A stretch of 64,000 nucleotides of DNA from Microbacterium sp. (GTDB taxonomy: Bacteria; Actinomycetota; Actinomycetes; Actinomycetales; Microbacteriaceae). The translations under genes and the position numbers were made by a program. Numbering within the stretch: the first letter of the stretch is position 1; each line of letters begins with the position of its first letter. The stretch spans positions 45,730 through 109,729 of the forward strand of contig NZ_JBHWTD010000103.1 in the NCBI RefSeq assembly GCF_043427715.1. Direction: 5' to 3'. Of this stretch, positions 59,792 to 64,000 are shown piece after piece. The notes under the pieces were generated by a model. That model was not told where the DNA came from, searched no databases, and worked only from the letters and a program-made list of their open reading frames with translations.

Positions 59792-61290
59792 GTCGGGTCC
59801 TTCCGAGAGTGCGGGGGTAGCGCGCGCCACGATTGGGTCACGGGAGCCGCGGCCCAGAGGTGCGCCATGAGGTAGCTGCGCCAGGGAGCGACCCGGGCGC
59901 TCCAGGCGGTGAGCCCGGCGGGGTCGGCAGGCAGACCTGCGGCATCGGCACCGGCGCGGGCGGCGACATCTCCCGGGAGCGCGATGTCGGGATCTCCGAG
60001 CACCCGCATGCGCACGTAGTCGGCGGTCCACGGGCCGACGCCGGGGAGGGCGAGGAGGGCGGCGCACTGTTCGCCGGAGTCATCGCCGGGGGTCAGCACC
60101 AGCCGGCCCGTGGCGAGCGCGTCGGCGGCCGCGACGATGGCGCGGACGCGCACAGCCGGTCCGCGCAGCACCTCGGTGCCACGCTCGGCGAGCGCCCGCA
60201 TGGTCGGGAACAGCCGAGCCGGGCCGCGCCCCGTCCCGACCGGCGCGCCGAGCTCGTCGACGAGGCGTCCGATCACGGTGCGAGCGGCGGCGACGCTGAT
60301 CTGCTGCCCGATCATCGCGCGGATGAGCATCTCGTCGGCATCGACGGCAGCCGGCAGACGGATGCCGGGGATCCGCGCGACCAGCGGGCGGAGCTCTTCG
60401 TGTCGGGACAGCGCCTGATCGATCGCAACGGGGTCGGCATCCAGGTCGAACAGCCGCCGCACGCGCGAGATGAGGGTGGACAGGTCGCGGAGCGAGGTGA
60501 CCTCGACCTCGAGCCGCACTCGCCCGGGGCCGGCGGAGCGCACCTCGAACCAGGCCGGCCCGCCGGGCAGGCGCACGACGCGCGCGAACGCGTCGAGGTC
60601 GCCCGCCTCCATGCCGGGCACCGCGTGGGCGCGCATCCATCCGAACAGCCCCACGGCGTCGAACGGCTCCCGCACGGGGAGGAGGAGGGTGATCCGACCG
60701 GGGGTGCGGTCCTGCCGTGCCCCGCGAGCGCGGAGTTCGGTGGGGGTGAGCGCGAAGACCTCCGCAATGGTCTCGTTGAACTGCCGAACGCTCGCGAATC
60801 CCGCCGCGAAGGCGACGTCGGCGACGGGCAGGTCGGTGTCGACCAGCAGCGTGCGCGCGGTGTGGGCGCGGTGCGCACGGGCGAGAGCGAGGGGCCCGGC
60901 TCCGAGCTCGGCGGTGAGGATCCGCCCGAGCTGTCTCGAGGAGTATCCGAGGGATGCCGCGAGCGCCGACACCCCGTCGCGGTCGACGACACCGTCGGCG
61001 ATGAGCCGCATCGCGCGACCTGCCAGGTCGCCGCGCAGGTTCCAGTCGGGCGACCCCGGCGTCGCTTCGGGCAGGCACCTCTTGCAGGCACGGAACCCCG
61101 CCTCGTGCGCGGCCGCGCTGGTCGGGTAGAACGTGACATTGCTCGGCTTCGGTGTCCGGGCCGGACAGCTCGGGCGGCAGTAGATGCCGGTCGAGTGGAC
61201 CGCCGTGACGAAATGGCCGTCGAACCGGGCGTCACGAGCGTCGATCGCGCGGTAGCGCTCGTCGAAGCTCATCGCCGGGATCGTCGTCAT
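59788..61290 (-). CDS. Ada-type regulatory domain fused to a DNA-3-methyladenine glycosylase II (AlkA) domain
   Basis: N-terminal Ada zinc site ([12 protein letters not shown] ... CKRC), an AraC-type HTH ([15 protein letters not shown]), and a C-terminal AlkA/HhH-GPD domain. ATG 61290. Confidence 0.85.
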   Translation of the reverse strand: MTTIPAMSFDERYRAIDARDARFDGHFVTAVHSTGIYCRPSCPARTPKPSNVTFYPTSAAAHEAGFRACKRCLPEATPGSPDWNLRGDLAGRAMRLIADGVVDRDGVSALAASLGYSSRQLGRILTAELGAGPLALARAHRAHTARTLLVDTDLPVADVAFAAGFASVRQFNETIAEVFALTPTELRARGARQDRTPGRITLLLPVREPFDAVGLFGWMRAHAVPGMEAGDLDAFARVVRLPGGPAWFEVRSAGPGRVRLEVEVTSLRDLSTLISRVRRLFDLDADPVAIDQALSRHEELRPLVARIPGIRLPAAVDADEMLIRAMIGQQISVAAARTVIGRLVDELGAPVGTGRGPARLFPTMRALAERGTEVLRGPAVRVRAIVAAADALATGRLVLTPGDDSGEQCAALLALPGVGPWTADYVRMRVLGDPDIALPGDVAARAGADAAGLPADPAGLTAWSARVAPWRSYLMAHLWAAAPVTQSWRALPPHSRKDPT

Positions 61291-61345
61291 CACCCCAGCC
61301 TGACACGCCCCGAAGCATCCGGCTCGCGGAAATCGGACACGACGG

Positions 61346-63025
61346 TCAGGGCGCGGCGACCCACTGCGAAATGCCGGAGAGGATCGGCGCCACCGCACCG
61401 TCGCGGGGGGTGACACCCGTCACCCCCGGCGCGACGATCGTCACCCGAGGAGCCATCGCGAGCGGACGGGCCACGGCGGCGCGCACGATCGACGCCTCGA
61501 TCTCGGCGCGGATCTCGCGGGCCGCGTACACATCCACCGTCTGTGCGAGGGTCGCGATCAGCTCATCTCGCGCGGCGTCCGCATTGCCGATGACGGATGC
61601 CGACCCGTCCGTCCCCCACTGCGCCGCGATCTCCGCCGGCGTCGAGGGCACCGAGACCCGCTGGATCACGGCATCCCACCGCCCCGCGTCTCGCGCTGCA
61701 CCGAAGTCGTCCGCACCACAATCGGCGACCGACCAGCCACCCTCCTTCACGGGTTCGCGGAGCGCCGCGAAGGCGCCCTTCGCGAACGCGCTGCGCTCGT
61801 CGTAGAGGACGCACACCCGGGCACCCGAGCGCACCCCGGCCTTCGCCCGGTCCTGCGCCGGCTCGTCGGCGGGCGTGCCGAGCGCGGCGGCGAAGCCGGA
61901 GTCCGCGGTCACGACGTCGAAGGCGCGGGAGCCGGGAGCCGCGAGCATCGAGGTCGTCTTCGTGTAGGCGGACTCCCACTCCCCTGCCCCGGCCGTGACC
62001 ATCTCGCCTGCGGGAACGGCACGGAGGAAGGCGGCGCGCGCCGCCGCCGAGGAGAACACGCCGGCGGGGCGGAGCAGCAGCGCCCAGACTGTGCCGTCGT
62101 GCGTGGCCTGCACGGCGAAGTCCCGCCGCTCGCGCTCCGTGATGGGCGCGCGGTTCGCTTCCGTCGGCGCGACGGTCGCGACGTCGAGCGACTCGCCGAC
62201 CGCGGCGACCGGGTCCTCCCCGGGCGCAGTCAACGTGATGCGCTCGACCTGCGGCATCGCCGTGCCGGCGAACTCGGGGTTCGGCGCCAGCGTGATGCGC
62301 TGTCCCTGCTCTTCCGCGGCGACCTCCGTGATGAGGTACGGCCCGCTGGAGAGCAGCAGCTCGGCCGGGACGTCACTGCCCTCGGCCAGGTCGAATCCGT
62401 CACGCCACACCGTGCCGACCTCGGTGAGCGCGGCGGCATCCATGCCCCGGATCGCGGTGATGACGGCCTGCTTCGCCTCCATGGGGTCGTCGAGGCCGAA
62501 CGCGCGCTTCCCGACGATATGCGCCGGGACGGGCACCGTGACGAACGACTGCCAGTCGCTCCTCGGCCCGGCGAAGCGCACATCGATCGACCGGGCGAAC
62601 TCGTCGATCTTCGGCGGTGTGAGCCCGTCGAGCGCGGCGTCTTCGGCGAGACCGCCGACCGCGGCGATCCAGCCGAGCACCAGGTCCGCGGCATCCAGGG
62701 GGATCCCGTCCGACCAGGCCGGTTCGGCGAGGTCGTAGCGGACGGTGAACGGGTCTTCCGACACGATCGTGACCGTGCCGAAACTCTCGTCCGGGGTGAA
62801 CTCGCCGTCAGCGGTGCTTCCGAATCCGGCTCGCGTCGCCGCCGCGATTTCGGCATTGGCGCCGGTGCGATCGGACACCGCGTTGAGCGAGGTCAACCCG
62901 CCCGTCCACCCGACGGTCACTTCGCTTCCTTCCACGACGGTGGGCGGAAGAGCGGGTGCGCAGGCGGAGAGGACCAGAGCGGATGCCAGAACCGCGGCCG
63001 CCGCGCCGCGGCGGAGTGCGCGCAT
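61346..63025 (-). CDS. family-5 (peptide/nickel type) ABC substrate-binding-like lipoprotein, orphan
   Basis: Lipobox LVLSAC. Length is 559 aa with an SBP_bac_5-like sequence. No cognate permease or ATPase genes are adjacent. Confidence 0.65.
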   Translation of the reverse strand: MRALRRGAAAAVLASALVLSACAPALPPTVVEGSEVTVGWTGGLTSLNAVSDRTGANAEIAAATRAGFGSTADGEFTPDESFGTVTIVSEDPFTVRYDLAEPAWSDGIPLDAADLVLGWIAAVGGLAEDAALDGLTPPKIDEFARSIDVRFAGPRSDWQSFVTVPVPAHIVGKRAFGLDDPMEAKQAVITAIRGMDAAALTEVGTVWRDGFDLAEGSDVPAELLLSSGPYLITEVAAEEQGQRITLAPNPEFAGTAMPQVERITLTAPGEDPVAAVGESLDVATVAPTEANRAPITERERRDFAVQATHDGTVWALLLRPAGVFSSAAARAAFLRAVPAGEMVTAGAGEWESAYTKTTSMLAAPGSRAFDVVTADSGFAAALGTPADEPAQDRAKAGVRSGARVCVLYDERSAFAKGAFAALREPVKEGGWSVADCGADDFGAARDAGRWDAVIQRVSVPSTPAEIAAQWGTDGSASVIGNADAARDELIATLAQTVDVYAAREIRAEIEASIVRAAVARPLAMAPRVTIVAPGVTGVTPRDGAVAPILSGISQWVAAP

Positions 63026-63033
63026 CGCGGCGA

Positions 63034-63255
63034 TCAGGGGAGGTCGACGCCGTCGTCGGCCTCGGCGGCCATCTGACGGAACGGCTCGCTCTCGTCGCTC
63101 TCGAGCCAGCTGCGGGCGTACTCGATGAGGATGGCGGGGGAATCCTCCGCCTCCGCGGCGCTTCCGAAGGGGCCCAGGCAGTCTTCGGAGGGACGCTCGT
63201 CATCCTGGATGACGGACTGCGTAGAAAGGTTGTACCAGTAGGTCTGCGACACCAT
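63034..63255 (-). CDS. small acidic conserved hypothetical protein
   Basis: 73 aa (MVSQTYWYNLSTQSV...GPFGSAAEAE). GGAG lies 10 nt upstream and third positions are GC-rich. Confidence 0.55.
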   Translation of the reverse strand: MVSQTYWYNLSTQSVIQDDERPSEDCLGPFGSAAEAEDSPAILIEYARSWLESDESEPFRQMAAEADDGVDLP

Positions 63256-63356
63256 CGGTGAAGGCTCCGTTCGTTTCCCTGATCCTCATCAGCCGGTCAC
63301 GCGGACGAGCCGTGGTGCGAAGGTATCGCACCACGGCCCGTATCAGCGTCGTCGGA

Positions 63357-63647
63357 TCAACCGCCGGCCAACTCCGCATCCGTGTCGCGGATGCGGTCGG
63401 CCATGCGGTCGAGCGCCTGCGCCATGTCGTTGACGGCCTCTGCGGCGTCGTCGAGCGACGTGGTGAGCTCGGAGTAGGCCGTCGAGTACGCCTCCGAGGC
63501 GTTCTCGGTCTTGAAGCCGTCCTGCACGAGGTCGTCGATGATGCCCTGCAGTTCCTTCAGCGTGTCGGTGACGGTCTGGCGGCCGTCGCGGAGGCGCTGA
63601 GCCGCGCTCTCCATCTCGCTGTACGTTGCACCGAAATCGTGTGCCAT
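63357..63647 (-). CDS. WXG100-like (ESAT-6-like) small helical protein
   Basis: 96 aa with two predicted helices and a central turn (DGF in place of a canonical WxG). The SD is GGGAGG. The family call is tentative. Confidence 0.5.
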   Translation of the reverse strand: MAHDFGATYSEMESAAQRLRDGRQTVTDTLKELQGIIDDLVQDGFKTENASEAYSTAYSELTTSLDDAAEAVNDMAQALDRMADRIRDTDAELAGG

Positions 63648-63804
63648 GAACCCGCCTCCCAGCGTGTCGTCGTTGTGCGGATGTCCGGTTCGGCCCCCGC
63701 CTGAACGATGCTAATCACCTCATCTTCCAACGCCTATGGGGAGAACTACCCACTTGTCACCGGCTAAGGTTCTTCCTGCGCGCGAGAAGACCGGTCGGCG
63801 GGCA

Positions 63805-64000
63805 CTATCCCCCGATCCGTCCGGCAGGCGTCTCCACGGAAGGGGTCGCCCGCGCCGCCGCACGCGTCATCGGCGCCTGCGCGGCACCGGCAGGCTGCGG
63901 AGCGTCCGCGACGAGCGGCATCTGCACGGTGACGGCCCGGCCCGCCTGCACGAAGATGCCGCGACCGACGGGGAAGTCCGACCGCTTGACGCGTCCGAAC
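63805..64000 (-). CDS. 3' end of an unidentified gene (5' part outside the window)
   Basis: The minus-strand frame is open to the window edge and ends ...FGRVKRSDFPVGRGIFVQAGRAVTVQMPLVADAPQPAG...GRIGG-TAG. Its composition is protein-like, unlike the Cys-rich plus-strand frame. Confidence 0.4.
   Translation of the reverse strand, partial: FGRVKRSDFPVGRGIFVQAGRAVTVQMPLVADAPQPAGAAQAPMTRAAARATPSVETPAGRIGG

Overview
High-GC (roughly 70% by eye) actinobacterial chromosomal segment. Gene content and order resemble Microbacteriaceae, but the taxon is an inference. The window is densely packed and almost entirely housekeeping.

Gene content, left to right:
- mannitol PTS operon (mtlA partial, mtlF, mtlD)
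- a solitary AbiEi/DUF559 gene bracketed by short repeats
- a nucleoside-salvage block (add, deoA, cdd, BMP-family ABC importer)
- manC, sdhCDAB, a yihY-like gene, xthA, trpS, fpg/nei
- glpD-glpF-glpK with a divergent SorC-type regulator
- FMN-riboswitch-controlled ribD-ribE-ribBA-ribH plus a small membrane protein
- an MHS-type MFS transporter, an ABC-2 exporter operon and a fused ABC exporter
- pckG with a divergent RamB/PrpR-type regulator
- an HpcH/HpaI aldolase remnant and a polar amino-acid ABC importer
- ZTP-riboswitch-controlled glyA-folD and a glcD-like FAD oxidase
- envelope genes including an L,D-transpeptidase, then monomeric icd and a GNAT
- an asymmetric heterodimeric ABC exporter, ada/alkA-ogt, an orphan family-5 SBP lipoprotein and a WXG100-like gene

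General observations:
- I saw no rRNA, tRNA, CRISPR, transposase, integrase or phage genes.
- Many operon junctions use 4-nt start/stop overlaps (ATGA, GTGA, TTGA).
- At least a dozen genes have a TANNNT hexamer 6-7 nt before the start codon, a leaderless arrangement.
- I found no obvious novel multi-gene protein system.

The signals most worth follow-up are non-coding:
1. A near-identical 27-28 nt palindromic motif shared by the sdh and icd upstream regions.
2. A 23-codon leader ORF plus hairpin in front of the heterodimeric ABC exporter (bmrB-bmrCD-like geometry).
3. A 16-19 nt repeat family bracketing the DUF559 gene.
4. Perfect palindromes in the pckG/regulator and glpD/regulator divergent regions.
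5. A perfect 19-bp tandem duplication between two divergent ABC operons.

All functional calls rest on motif and family recognition by eye. No database search was run.
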